A DNA stretch of 63,044 bases, filler included, from Rhabdomonas costata (Eukaryota), in NCBI GenBank assembly GCA_019059605.1. It is 41 parts of 41 records of this genome, joined end to end, with 100 filler letters (N's around TTAATTAATTAA, not from the genome) between each part and the next. Parts side by side here need not be neighbours in the genome. Positions count along the whole stretch, not along the records: positions 49,287 to 50,726 come from JAHMHO010015899.1; positions 50,827 to 52,265 come from JAHMHO010015900.1; positions 52,366 to 53,805 come from JAHMHO010015901.1; positions 53,906 to 55,345 come from JAHMHO010015902.1; positions 55,446 to 56,884 come from JAHMHO010015903.1; positions 56,985 to 58,424 come from JAHMHO010015904.1; positions 58,525 to 59,964 come from JAHMHO010015905.1; positions 60,065 to 61,504 come from JAHMHO010015906.1; 33 more parts are not named here. The stretch is one strand, 5' to 3'. Below, in pieces: positions 50,708 to 63,044 of the stretch. The first letter of the stretch is position 1. Every line of letters begins with the position of its first letter. A program made the position numbers and the translations under genes. The notes below the pieces were generated by a model. The model saw nothing but the letters and a program-made list of their open reading frames with translations. It was not told the DNA's origin and ran no database searches.

Positions 50708-51632
50708 GTGCGCACCAAACCCCCACNNNNNNNNNNNNNNNNNNNNNNNNNNNNNNNNNNNNNNNNNNNNTTAATTAATTAANNNNNNNNNNNNNNNNNN
50801 NNNNNNNNNNNNNNNNNNNNNNNNNNTGTGTGGTTTGGGCCGATTTCGGTGTTTAACCTTCATACCCAGTTGTGGTGTGGACGGCATACTCGTGTTTTTC
50901 ATTGGACGGCGTTTAGGGGATCAGCATTTCGCTCTGCGGTGGTTTTATAGCTGTAGCATTCCAGTGCACGGTTGCGACTTCTCACTTTCTCACTTGCGTC
51001 GTGATCGTCTGCTGATCGGCTGGGATGGGAAGCTTTCGCTGCGATGAGTTTGCAGTTGATGTTGGCCGCTATGCTACCACCATCGGGAATCGGAAGTACT
51101 CGCAGACGTACCAAGGCAAAGAGTCAGTGGGGCAACCCCGAGATGAAAAGCACCAAGGGTCGTTCTCGAGAGAAAAGGCCCCAGCCCCCCAAGGAAGGAG
51201 TGCGGAGTCGCAGAGACCAGATTAGCAATGGAGCTATGCAGGTAGCCGCCGGAAAAGAGCAGCAGCTGCGCGACAATGGCCCGGGACCCGTGGGGCTGAA
51301 GGGAGGTTACCGGATGTGCCAACTGGATTTACCAGTCAACCAGGCAACAGCCGGCGCGCAATGCGCCCAACACACACGCACACACACGCACACACAGTGT
51401 GGGCGTCCATCCTGTCAGTATTGAACACAGTTCTCCGTAAATTTTCGGATGAGAACCGTTTACTGCTCGCCACGGCTGAGTTTGCATGTCGAAGCGCTTT
51501 GATTTTCCCAAGTGGCGACTAATTTTTTGTTTCCTACCTGGCTCATCGGTCATGTGGTAAGAGCATTTTGATCCCATCCGGTTTGTTGCTTGTGCTTGAA
51601 GGACAACGGCCTTGTCGGGGTGCGGACTTTAG

Positions 51633-51750
51633 CGGCCTCGTGAGCTTTGTGCGGAGCATGGTGGTGGAGCAGCCCGATGCGAGGATCTACCTGGTGGACG
51701 GGAATGGCACGCTGCTCGCTGCGAGCTCCATCGATCCCACAGAGAACCTG
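51633..51750 (+). CDS. Exon encoding a Cache-like sensory-domain segment
   Basis: LVSFVRSM....DARIYLVDGNGTLLAAS resembles the L..F...L....YIVD..G.LIA.S pattern; TAG acceptor, CTG|GTATGT donor. Confidence 0.55.
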
Positions 51751-52904
51751 GTATGTACGTACACCAGATTTTGCATGGAGAAGGGAATGCGACCGCAAAT
51801 GAATGGGCCACCCATGTTCGAAGTCCTTCGCTTGTGATCTTTTGTTGTACTTAAAAAATAGACGCAACATCAAAAGCAAAAAAGCAAACATTGCTATTAA
51901 TAAATTAGTGTGGTTGCGCGGAAAGAAGGGTCGTAATTTCGAAGAGAGTGGCTGACTTTTTGGGCGAGATGGGGGGAGACATAGTGGGGGATTGACGTAG
52001 AGGGTGCAAAATAAAAGGTGCTTGACTTGCAGCCATCGGTCGTCGCATGTGGCGCAAAGATTTGTCGGTCTTAGGGACGAGAGTATTCCAAAGCGCGGCT
52101 CAGCGACATGCACCTGTGTTTTTTCCGTTTCAGGAGACATAGGGCTTTGCATTCCATGCGTGGTGCAGTATACGTTTTGGTGTTCGTCCAGTGCTCAATC
52201 AGTATGCAAATGGGATGGGTCAGCGCTCCGAAATGGTTGGAGTGGTCGTTTTGCGATCCACAAAANNNNNNNNNNNNNNNNNNNNNNNNNNNNNNNNNNN
52301 NNNNNNNNNTTAATTAATTAANNNNNNNNNNNNNNNNNNNNNNNNNNNNNNNNNNNNNNNNNNNNTGTGGGTTTGGGGGTAAACTTAAGGCCCCTTCCAC
52401 CTGGGCCACATCGTCTTGTCTCTTGACGAAATGGCAACGGTAGAAAAGGAAAACAATGCAGGTGCAAAATAATGCAAAAGAGCGCAGTTTTCCCCGTGTG
52501 TGTGCATGTGTGTGTGTGCAAATTTGCTTGTCCAACAGCCCTTGCTTGTGAACGAGCAGGTGGGACTTCCCAGCGACGACACCCTATTCCCGCGATAAAG
52601 GGCCAAGAACTGAACAGAATATGTATTTTTCGCATCAGCTGTTCAAGATTGGACTCCAGGAAAAGTTTCCGGTGAAGGTATGATATGGCGTGCCCTGGAT
52701 TCCTGGACCTCCTTAGAACCGAACCACGAAACCGCCGTGAGAGCAAAATTCGCGATTAAAAAGAGTGGCTTGCCAGAGCGAGCTGACGAGCGTCCGGAGG
52801 AAGCTTCTGGTGGTCCTCCGTGTACGGCATCGTGGGGCAGTACGGGTTTCCCGAAGCAAAGCTGAGGTTCCCGTAACTCTTGAGGTAGCTGCTGGGCTCC
52901 TTAC

Positions 52905-53597
52905 CTGCCTCCGATCCAACACCGGCAGGTCGCGCTGCCACAACACTGGAACTTCCACTCGCTGACCCAGAGTTGAGTCTGTCCGCCTGATGATCAATGC
53001 GCCCAAACGTTGGAAGTGATATTCACTGAGGAATGAACTCTTCACTCTTCTTCGGTATTGTGCCGGACTTTTGGTGTGAGGCAAGTTATCGTTTGTTTGG
53101 TTTCAGGAATGAGTGCGCAGTGGGATAAAAAATGATCACACCGAACCCACCCAAAGGGACCCGGGGGAAAATTTGCACGTCACTGACATCCCTGAATTCA
53201 GTGATCCTATTTGTTCACGTAAAGCGTACAAACGCAAGCCATCACACTCCATTTGATTCTTGAGACTGAAGATCGTTAATCGATGCAACTCAGGCACATC
53301 ACATCTGTTTGGTGTTCATTATTGTGCAAATTACAGTTCGGCTAAACGACGCTCATCCCCGGCAAACAAAAACGGTGGCAGGTGGCAGGCAGTCCCCAAG
53401 CAACAGTGCTGTTGTCAATAGTACTGGCTCAGAATAATTTCTTGCCGCCTTTTTTCTTGCTATTTGCAAAAGGCCCCCCAAAACGCTGCGAAACGCAAAC
53501 TCACCTCCTGCTTGTATGACTGAAGGATGGCTCTGCGACTGGCGGGGCTGTTTCCAAAGGCGTAGATCACCTCGTCAAACCCGGCGGTGTCACCAAC
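52905..53597 (-). CDS. Two short exons of a hypothetical protein (53597-53505, 52961-52905)
   Basis: 93- and 57-nt phase-0 exons with strong donors GTGAGT and GTAAGG. Confidence 0.5.
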
Positions 53598-54677
53598 CTG
53601 TGAATGCACCCATGGCAAGCGCATTGGAAGAATAGAAGGGCAGAGACGGCGGGTGCCTGCGTGCAATTTGAAAGGCGCGTCTGGGTGTGAGAAGAAATGG
53701 GCTTTGCATATATCGTTCCTAGTCAGGTTGCGAATTCCTACATCATGAAACCGATCCGGCTTCCGAAAAAACTCCCAGCGAGCTCGAACGAGACCACCAA
53801 CACAANNNNNNNNNNNNNNNNNNNNNNNNNNNNNNNNNNNNNNNNNNNNTTAATTAATTAANNNNNNNNNNNNNNNNNNNNNNNNNNNNNNNNNNNNNNN
53901 NNNNNTTAGTTGGGGTCTTCTCCTGTGTTCTTCTCCGTGGAGCAACCGTGCGCAGGACGCGCTGCATTCGTTACCGTTCCACAGAGAAGAACACAGGAGA
54001 AGACCCTTCGCAAGCAAAGAAATGCCAAGGGAAGTGAAGAACAAAAGATAAGATATATAAGATGTGAAAGCTTGACAAATTCCAGGGAGAACGGTGCTCT
54101 CATGAAACATAGGACCTATGATTGTCTGTTATACGATATTACGAAATTACTAAGGGAGCCTGTATTCTAAGAACCTGACTCCATCGTTCCTGTCCTGTGA
54201 GGATTTGCTTTCGACTCCCTTTTCGGGCGTCCTTTGCATGTTTGGGTGCATTCCTCAGCAGAACATTGGCATTATGCCATAACTGAGTCGTTGAACTGTT
54301 GCGTTTTTTCTTGTACAGGAAAAATTGACGATTTCCATGGCAGACCCCCCTGCGACGACTCAGTATTGAGAAAAAGAGAGGAGGTGCGCTCATTTCAAAA
54401 TACTAATGGAATCATGGAACTGAGATGCATCGAGCCTCCACGCACATTGCAACGTGGTGTTTCTTTCACAAGGGGCCTTATTCGAATACCTGGGCACATC
54501 CGAAGAGACAAGATACAATAACTTGTGCTTTTGGTTGCAAAGTTGCACGAAACGTGAATCGTTGGGGTCCGCAGCAAGGAGCTTACCCTGCAGGCTGGGA
54601 CACGCACGGTAGAGCAAGGGAAAAGCAGAAAACTGAGTGGCTCAAGGCTCACAACGTTCGGGGGCTGCTCGCAGAGT

Positions 54678-55125
54678 TCACGCCGCAGTCGACTTCACTG
54701 TGGTCGTGCTGCCAGCGGGGAAGACAAGCGTCTCTTTCTTGCTCGCCTCCTGAGCAAAAAATCAAGCAGCAAAAACCGTGAATCCACACTGTGTGGGACG
54801 GGAACTGTTGGACTCCGGAGACAAATACGTCATTTCCGTGAAAGCCCTCTTTCGCAGGGCGTTTCAAACAGTAACGCAACACTGACTCTGGGCAAATACG
54901 CGAATACTCTAGAAGCGAGAAGAACACACAACCCCATTGATGAACCTAGCACTGGCAGTGCGGCAGGTTATTCCCACCGCTTCACATAGACAGCGCGCAC
55001 CAGAGCCAGCTTTTGCAGCTCGTCGAGGTTCTTTTCCAGTGCCGCAACTTTCTTCTCGAGCGCGCTGGTGCCAAGGGCAGGCTTCAGGTAGTACGCGAAC
55101 AGCACATAAATGCCCAACACAGGAA
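54678..55125 (-). CDS. 3' end of a membrane protein (hydrophobic helix + short coiled coil); exons 55125-55001, 54749-54678
   Basis: PVLGIYVLFAYYLKPALG..LEKKVAALEKNLDELQKLAL|EASKKETLVF...*; phase-0 GT-AG intron. Confidence 0.6.
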
Positions 55126-55951
55126 CTGCACATGCACAGCAAGGAAGCAATGCATTCACCCCTTGCTGGGAGTTGTTTTCAAAGTTTCAAAGCTTCAAAG
55201 TTACATACGTGCGCAGTGCCGCGTCGGGCGCACGTCGGCTCGGCAATGCTCAAGCTGGAGGCCCAGGAGGTGCTGAGCCTCCTCTTTCACCTCTCTGACT
55301 CCTTTTCCTTCTTTCTCCCTCTCCTTCCTCGGTCAAACAACCCCCNNNNNNNNNNNNNNNNNNNNNNNNNNNNNNNNNNNNNNNNNNNNTTAATTAATTA
55401 ANNNNNNNNNNNNNNNNNNNNNNNNNNNNNNNNNNNNNNNNNNNNGTGGTGGGTGTGTTTGGGGGTTGGGGGGCGCCCCGAGGCGTCTGGGATCAGCGAG
55501 AGGTCCGTGAACTCACCAGGAGCCCTGCCGCAACACATGACTATGGGCACCCGCAAAAATCCCACCGACACACTGCAACCCCAACTTAATTCAGCTCAAG
55601 TCTTGAGAGTGAATGGTAGGTTTCAAAAACAGCGCGGAGGTTCCACGAACTCGAGCCTGCTTCCCAAGGGGTGCCCGAAAAAAATGCCACGGGGGACAAT
55701 TTTTTTTGTGACTTTGTGACAGGGACAGGGTGCCTTCGAACAGCATGATTTTAGGAGAGCAGACAGCTGCGGCCGGAACTGGGTCCTTGGTGCCCTGGGG
55801 GGGGGGGTCATGAAAAAAGGTGACTTTCGACGCTTACCTACCCCAGGGAACCACCAGGGAACTCCGAATCCTTTCCCTTTCTCTCTCCCCCTCTCTTTCT
55901 GTTCTCGGGCCCTTTGCTCCGCAGTCCCCTTCCCCCCGCACCCCTCGAAAG

Positions 55952-56051
55952 ATATGATGTACTTCTCTCGGACGTCACCCCAATCTTTGTCTTCTCCGTT
56001 GTTTTTGTCGCCATCACCATCTCTATGTTGCACCATATGGCAGCACTTCAG
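55952..56051 (+). CDS. Possible exon encoding a transmembrane helix
   Basis: YDVLLSDVTPIFVFSVVFVAITISMLHHMAALQ after a pyrimidine tract and AG; weak donor. Confidence 0.35.
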
Positions 56052-59000
56052 GTTTTTCGTTGGAGGGCAGCAGTTGGTTGGCGGGGGCGTGTCTTGTGTT
56101 TGCCTCCCCCCACTTTGGTTTTTCTCCTAGCGAAATCCTCTCCTTGTAACGGAAACACCCCCCGTTTCTCCCACTCCCAGGGTTTCATGGTGTTGTTTTG
56201 TGCTCCTCTGTATCTGTGTCGTGGACCAAGGTTAAGAACGCTTACCTTTGTAAAACGTAAACACCGTTAAAAACCAGTGCTGGCACAGCGGCGTGCAGGT
56301 GGGCGGACCAGCCTACAGTCATCTCATCAAATCCAAGGTAAAGCAAGCGGAAAAAAACGCCCCTTCGAGCCTGTGTAGGGCAAAAAGGCCCCCAAACACC
56401 CCAAAATGGCCCTAAAATGGCCTCCAGGGCGGCTGTAAACCCAAGCATTCCGGCCTACTCCGGTGCCAGCATGAAGTGCTTCTGGGCTCTACGCTTAGGT
56501 ATGGCACGCAGGTCTGGAAGCAAGCTTAGGCTCCATATGCGAGTCGAAAATACCCTTAACTGGACCAAAACGGGACCCTGAAGGAGTCAAATCTCGGCGT
56601 AGAGAAGGAGTCCGAGGCCGGGATTGAGCCAACCAACTCATCTAATGAGTACTACCATACCATCACACATGAGCCCCAACCCGTCACTCTAGAAGGAGTT
56701 CTGAGGGCAATGTAAGGTCTCCGGTCCGGGAGTGACCGTGACATGTTTACCCAGCAAATACGGTAAGGTTCCGGGCCTAACTAAGTGGTCCTACTCCCCA
56801 TTTCCGATGAGGCCCTACGATTGGTGAGGTTCCGGCCGGCTGAACAGGCTAGATACCCCACGTGGTAGGACCCCCAAAACACACNNNNNNNNNNNNNNNN
56901 NNNNNNNNNNNNNNNNNNNNNNNNNNNNTTAATTAATTAANNNNNNNNNNNNNNNNNNNNNNNNNNNNNNNNNNNNNNNNNNNNGTGGTGGGTGTGTGTG
57001 GGTTGGGGGGGGCACAACAACTCCTCCCCTGTCCACAAGTAAGGCACCGCTCGACCGGAGTAAAATGTGGGTGTAGGCAAAGGACGGAAATTGTTCAGAA
57101 CTCTCACACGTATCTCGAACCTGTCCACTCCCATCCTTGCATTCCCAAATCCGGTTCCACAACCCAAAACAACCACAGCCACTTAGACCATATAAGCATG
57201 CAAAAGGCAGCAAAACAACACAGCTGAACATAAACGGGGAAGGGGGAGGGAGCTGCGCAGGCGAAGGTGAAAGTTCACCGCCGAAAACTTCAATCAACAC
57301 CCCCCTTTCCAAAGGCACCAGACAAAATTTGAGGTCTACAGTGATACCAAAACCAATCATACACGGGACGCCGGAAGCGTATGTGTGATGCATTCAGCCG
57401 TTCACCTCGGGCCGTGGTTTTAGAACTCACCAGGCCGCAGCCCCTCTCCACGGGGAACGCTGCAAGAAGCTACACCAAGGCCTAAAAAAGGCACCCACAA
57501 AAGGGGCTTACTCATTTGACAACTGAACAAGCCACAGTCCAGTCACACTCAGCCAGGTTTACTAACATGAACACCACCACATATCAGTTCCACGAACCGA
57601 GCCCACCCACCTGCAAAACACGCACAGGCGAGAAAGGACTAGCAAAGGAGAGAAGAATGGTACGAAGCTCATACACACACACACAAACACAAGTCAACTA
57701 TCGGGGTAGAATGGGAACGCTCTTAACGGTCAGGAATCTGGAGGTGTAGACCAAAAAGAAGGAAGCTATCTACCCACTTGATCGGCGCGAACACCACCGC
57801 GGGGCACGCTCAGTGAACCCATTACACCGGGAGCGTTTCGCGCAGACACACGCGCACAAACAAGCACCCACGCAGGCGCACACGCACACACACACACACA
57901 AAAAAATATGCACACACAAACCAATATGCGAATAATTGGGGGAGGCCGGGGGGGTCACGACTACGAGGGCACACAGTCGCTGCGGTAAGATCAGAAGCAC
58001 GTACACGTCATTCTGATGGGTTAGACGATGTGCCCAGGCGAGCCTGGGGCTGGGTCGAAGTGGACAGGCAGGCAAACAGGCGCATCCGAAGGCGTGGCCG
58101 TTTTCCCTTCCCTTTCGGTTCAGGGGAACGTCCGAGGTCTTGGGGAACACCGGTGTCCCGAGTTGGGACCACGGTTCCGAGTCCCGCAAGAAGGTGCCTG
58201 AAAGTACAACGAAGGGGCTGTGTAACTGGTAAGGGTTGGTAAACGGCAAACTAAGGAGGTGAAGGATGGCTGGATGCGCTGAAATACGGGACTTAACCTG
58301 ATAAAAGATGCAAACATGATTCCAAAACAAACATCGGCGAGAAAATGCTCGCGAAGGCAGACCTCTTCCGAGGAGACCCCGCCAAAGAGGAGGGCTGCGG
58401 ATAAACTGGGCTGACCACCCCACCNNNNNNNNNNNNNNNNNNNNNNNNNNNNNNNNNNNNNNNNNNNNTTAATTAATTAANNNNNNNNNNNNNNNNNNNN
58501 NNNNNNNNNNNNNNNNNNNNNNNNTGTTGGGGGGAAGGCCAGTTTTACAGAGGCCACCCCTAGCTGCCCGTTCTGGCGCGCCGAGGCCTGGCCTCTGTAA
58601 AACTGGCCTTCGCCCCGACACTAACGCTATCCCAACCAAATCCCAGCAATGAGCTGGCCCTTTGACATCAATTCATCGAGGTGCCAACCCAAAAATGCTC
58701 GTCTGCATGCAGGGGCGGGGGGCGAAGTGTGTGCATGCCAGAATGGGAATGAGAATGGGAAGCGCAGCATTTGGAACGTTTCAGCACCAAACTAAGGGGC
58801 CTCCTGGTGACCTCAACCTTCCCCGCATTCCTTCGCAACTCAGACAGCTGAATGGGGAGGAGAAGAGCCATTCAAAAGGAAAAATAAAAGAGCCATCTAA
58901 CATGGGCTCGGCTGAAAAAGTACACCCTACCCCACTCAAGTCGTATCGTGTCCGCTTTCATCAGGGCGTCTGTGTCTGTCCCCTCCCTGCAATTGACCCG

Positions 59001-60105
59001 GAGCCTGCACTGCTACACGTAAATTCCCTAACTCCTCTTACATTTAACTATGTCTTTGTAGGGAGTAGAAAAACAGTACACCTAACCCCATTTTACAATA
59101 ATAAATGCATTCAGAGGTTGACACAGTTTACCTAACCCCAGTGCCCTAAAAATAACACTCCCCCAACTAGGTACGTTGGAAGCAAGACAGCTTTTGTAGT
59201 GCAGTCCGACCTGCTGCGCTGATCCAGCGTCCCATCCGATACCTGCACTTTGACACTGATTCATAAATAGATACCTATCCTTGACCGCGATGCATTTATC
59301 AGTGATTGATATGCATGACCATCCATCTTGTTCATCTAAAACACTGTCAAGGAAGATACTTGAGAGGTCGGACACATTGCAACGTAGTCGTTATATTCTT
59401 GTCACGGCTTTTCAAAAACCATTTTGCCCTAACCCCGTTGTGCCACTCCCACAACTGCGGCGGTCCACACCAAGACTCGGGGACACCATGTTGCACTACA
59501 TGTAGATGTGTTGTCAGTATTTCACATGAGCCAACCTTCCCAAGGAAGAGTTTGCACTTCAAATGCATCGAATCCGTACCGTAAACTTTTCCCCTCAGTC
59601 TTTAACCTTATTTTGACCCTGGTCTTAACCCTGCGCCTTACGTCCGCTTTCCCTTTCTGTTCGAGACGATAGGTTGAAGGACTTTTAACCATTCTTTCCT
59701 TCGGTGCTTTTGGCTTGTCTCTTTCTTGAAGCTCTTCCATTACTTTTTCCAGCGGAAAAAGCAATGGAAGAGCGGGTCGTTTACCTCGCTGATCTGTGGC
59801 TTTCACACCCTTGGCTGATGCGGGGAATAGATCACTGCGTATTTCCGCGTTTCGTGTTCCGGTTCACGTTCGTCCGCTGCATGTTTTTCCATCCATGACG
59901 ATTGCAACACTTGATCATGGTGTTCTTTCTTCAAAGGGTATCCATTTTCCGAGGCCACAACAAGNNNNNNNNNNNNNNNNNNNNNNNNNNNNNNNNNNNN
60001 NNNNNNNNTTAATTAATTAANNNNNNNNNNNNNNNNNNNNNNNNNNNNNNNNNNNNNNNNNNNNTTGTGGGTGGTAATCGAATGGTGGAGGAGGGGGCGA
60101 CTCAC

Positions 60106-60892
60106 CAGCGACTCCGCGGGGACCGCCGCAATAGGGTTCGGGAAGGGAGTGGGCAGAACCCTAAGCATGGAGGAGGTGAGGTAGGGGAACCCCGGGGCCG
60201 CAGGAAGCTCCCTGCAGACCTGTGACGCAGTGTGCGGAGTGGAGGGACCCTAACCACCGCACACTGCACACTGCACAAGCTCTGCAATGAATGCAGATCA
60301 TCCATAATTCAGAGAACAAGGAAAGCGATCATACACACAGTGGCCCGGTTTTTGTTTATTGAATCATCCTCAACCTATGCCGATAATTTGAATGTGCTTT
60401 ACTCCTGACGGCCCCCTCACGGCCTGTGGCCCTGTGATGCCCTCCGTTTCTGGGGGGGGGGGGCATAATTTTAAAAGTCGTTATGAGGAGTTTTTTCATT
60501 TGTCGCTTTGTTGCTGCATCTCTAACCATTCCGTGTTCATTAAATTGTCTTGGCTCCCCCAACTTTTTTCACGGCGCGCGGGGTCCACGAACGCGATAAC
60601 TAAAAGAGCACCACAGAGGCAGGGAGTTCTTGGAAAAAGCACGCAGGGTAAGACTGTCCACTGCTAATTGTGAGTGTGAGTGAGTGTGTGTGGGTGTTAC
60701 GATCAGGCTGACCTCTGGCCTGTGGACGGGGGCCCACGCCCAGCCCCCTGCGGTGGGGAGGTAGTCATCGACGTCGGACAAAGGGTTCAGCGGGGCAAGG
60801 TCCACGGGTTCGGCGCCGGGAGGCACGAACTGCCCTAGCGCACGGCCCTCCTGGGGCCGCGCCCCTGTGAGGCGCATTAGCTGCTCGTCGTC
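60106..60892 (-). CDS. Two exons of a Pro-rich hypothetical protein (60892-60713, 60219-60106)
   Basis: 180- and 114-nt phase-0 exons, AG/GT bounded, open when joined. Confidence 0.6.
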
Positions 60893-62412
60893 CTGAGCGA
60901 CGCAACAGGCACAACGTGACACCCCCCCAAACACCCTTTAACTGAAAATCTGAAAAGAAGTCGTCAAAGAAAAGAGATTGCTTAAATTCTGCGTTTCTTC
61001 GATGTATCAGACAGTTGCCCGAATGCATTGCTTGCCTTGCTATTGTTCTTCTGCGCTCAGCGCCCCTTCTTTTCAATTTCTATGCAGGTGTAAATCTGGG
61101 GGTTTTGGGTGCATCATTGCTATATGCGCCAGGTCACGTCGCGGGGGGCTCGCCTTGAAGGGAAAATGAAACAGGGGTGACAGACACCGCTGACACAGAT
61201 ATAACTGATATCGACTTCGGGGAGGTCGATTTTCACCCCGGAAACCCCATTTCGGACCTATGTCGGTGGAGGCCGTTGCAGGCATCCAAAAAGGCCCAAT
61301 TTCGGTCAAAATGGTGGAATCGAAGCCCCAAACCGCGCTTTTTGCGTTCCTCGACCCCCCCAAAATCGGGGGATAGTAGCCTTTTCCCATTGCTCTTTAT
61401 AGCTTTGGCCAATGATGTTCTTTCCTCCCCGCCCCTCAGAAGTTGCACATTGTACTTTCTTCAGCCAATCCCAAAAATTTCAACCACTCGGGCTTTCATG
61501 TGCGNNNNNNNNNNNNNNNNNNNNNNNNNNNNNNNNNNNNNNNNNNNNTTAATTAATTAANNNNNNNNNNNNNNNNNNNNNNNNNNNNNNNNNNNNNNNN
61601 NNNNTTTGTGGGGTTCAAAAGATGGACTCGTCAGTTGCACAACCTGTGGGTGAAGTGCGTGAAGACACGGCAGGCTTGGATTCTCCGTGTCCTTGACTAG
61701 TGCGAAGATATAAGGCGCACAAAAAGAAAAGAAACCATCATCTGGCGAGTCCATCAACGGTTATATCTGCTACACCGCATTCGAGTAGACCCGATGCGCA
61801 CAAAATTGACATATCCACAGGAATCAATGCCCTGTGCATTCCACACATGTTCCTGACTCGTGTGCTGGTACCTACCGCGAATCAGGTCCGATGGGTTGGC
61901 CACTAAGCCCGTTGGAAGTTGAAAAATGGCGCCTCCTGTGGAGAACGGTGAACCAGGGACCATTCCGGGACTGTGTAAAAGGAGACCTGGACTGTCCTGT
62001 GCCGTAGCAATATTTCAAGAAAAAGAAAGTAGACCTTTCGTTCACTTCATTTTCGATGATGATAATGTAATAACAATGGACCAGATATCGAGCGGGTTCG
62101 TGAACATTAAAATGAGATCGTCTGTGATGGTGGCTCACATCTCCAGTTCTGGCGCGTTGTCACTTGCGTCTGGAACCCTCGAGAGGAACATTTTATGTGT
62201 CTCCTGCTTCAGCTGCAGGATATTCCGCGCGGCAGATCCCGACTGACCTAGTAAACACGCGGGAACGATAAGCTCGGAAACATTCTGCTGTAATCGGCTT
62301 CTTGTGTGTCGGCGAGGGGCCGCCACATTTTTCGTTCTAGCCCCGTTCCTGCCCCCCAACCCCACTCCGGCCAACAATAAAACGAAACGACATTCACTCA
62401 CCCACCACTCAG

Positions 62413-62592
62413 TGCTGTCCTGTGCGCTGCCGAGCTGGCTTCCGTTGGGGTATTACTACCTTGGCACCGGCTGTGAGGGCTTCGTGACTGCTGCGGGCTG
62501 CGGGGGCCTGTCCTGTACCTCGGGCTACAGCGGCTCTCCCAGTGTGAGCTGCGGCTCCCCCAACGGGACGTTCACCCTCTCAGGCTGCTCAG
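62413..62592 (+). CDS. Exon encoding a Cys-rich extracellular repeat module
   Basis: 180-nt phase 1-1 exon: SCALP....GYY..GTGC......C..LSCTSGYSGSPSVSCGSPNGTFTLSGCS; donor CAG|GTAAGT. Confidence 0.8.
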
Positions 62593-63044
62593 GTAAGTCA
62601 AAATGCACAGGCACACCCGCGCGCACCCATATTGGAGGACCAGTCCACCGTATCCCTCCATCATCCGCATGACCCGCCTCTTGATTACCTCCCATCTGGA
62701 ACCTGCTACCTACCCCTAGATTTGTCTTTGTCTTCTGTCACGATGCTGCCTGTAGCCGACAGATATTGGCATATGATGTATTCACATTCGATCATTTTTC
62801 AGCCCCTGTCTTGGATGCACTTCGGCGCGCGCTTAAAAGGTGCAGGTCCTCAAGGACCTCAGGTGCCCCTAGCGTTAGTGGGGATCTCAAATCCCCACCC
62901 CACCCCCACAAATGACTCAGTAGCTACTCCGTGTTAAGTCATGCAGCGAATGACGCGGATATTTAGGTAACTCCCATCCCACACCCACGCATACACACTT
63001 CCGGTATATATATAAGGGCGACCAGAAGCCTCACTTGAAAGGCA

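Noticed and set aside
58620..58630. ACTAACGCTAT, like the start of the kinetoplastid spliced leader
   Set aside because: Only 11 nt; the rest of the leader and its donor site are absent.
61219..61361. Imperfect inverted ends GGGGAGGTCGA...TCGACCCCCC around ~140 nt
   Set aside because: Short and imperfect, with no TSD and no second copy in the window.
1..63044. Gene neighbourhood or operon-like system across the window; ORFs running into X...LIN
   Set aside because: Contigs are unlinked and of near-uniform length, so adjacency is meaningless. ORFs crossing linkers are artificial and most listed ORFs are shadow frames of exons.

Overview
This window is not a contiguous locus. It is 41 unlinked contigs of about 1.42-1.45 kb, joined by 40 artificial 100-nt linkers (N44-TTAATTAATTAA-N44, stops in all six frames). 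Most contigs start with G/T-only and end with A/C-only tails, some nearly matching the GenomePlex/WTA universal primer, and six carry terminal fold-back hairpins, so this looks like whole-genome-amplified material, probably from a single cell. The source is an intron-rich, probably flagellated microbial eukaryote. It has short GC3-rich exons, GT-AG introns with a G|GTRYGY-type donor and a few GC donors; an euglenozoan-like source is only an inference. Recognisable gene fragments are a bacterial-type isocitrate dehydrogenase with introns and a mitochondrial-like presequence, a NAK-family kinase, an ADPRM-like metallophosphoesterase, a vWA protein, a divergent dynein heavy-chain segment, a DUF229-like protein, a TTLL ligase, RRM and DysF proteins, and several surface modules (six-Cys sushi, EGF, Ig-like, Myxococcus Cys-rich). 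Mobile DNA comprises a decayed Ty3/Gypsy pol, a Merlin/IS1595 transposase remnant and an associated dispersed repeat. Because the contigs are unlinked, no multi-gene novel system can be supported. The best leads are the intronised bacterial-type IDH, the Merlin-linked repeat family, non-standard splice sites and phase 1-1 modular ectodomain exons. All domain calls are motif recognition by eye, not database searches.
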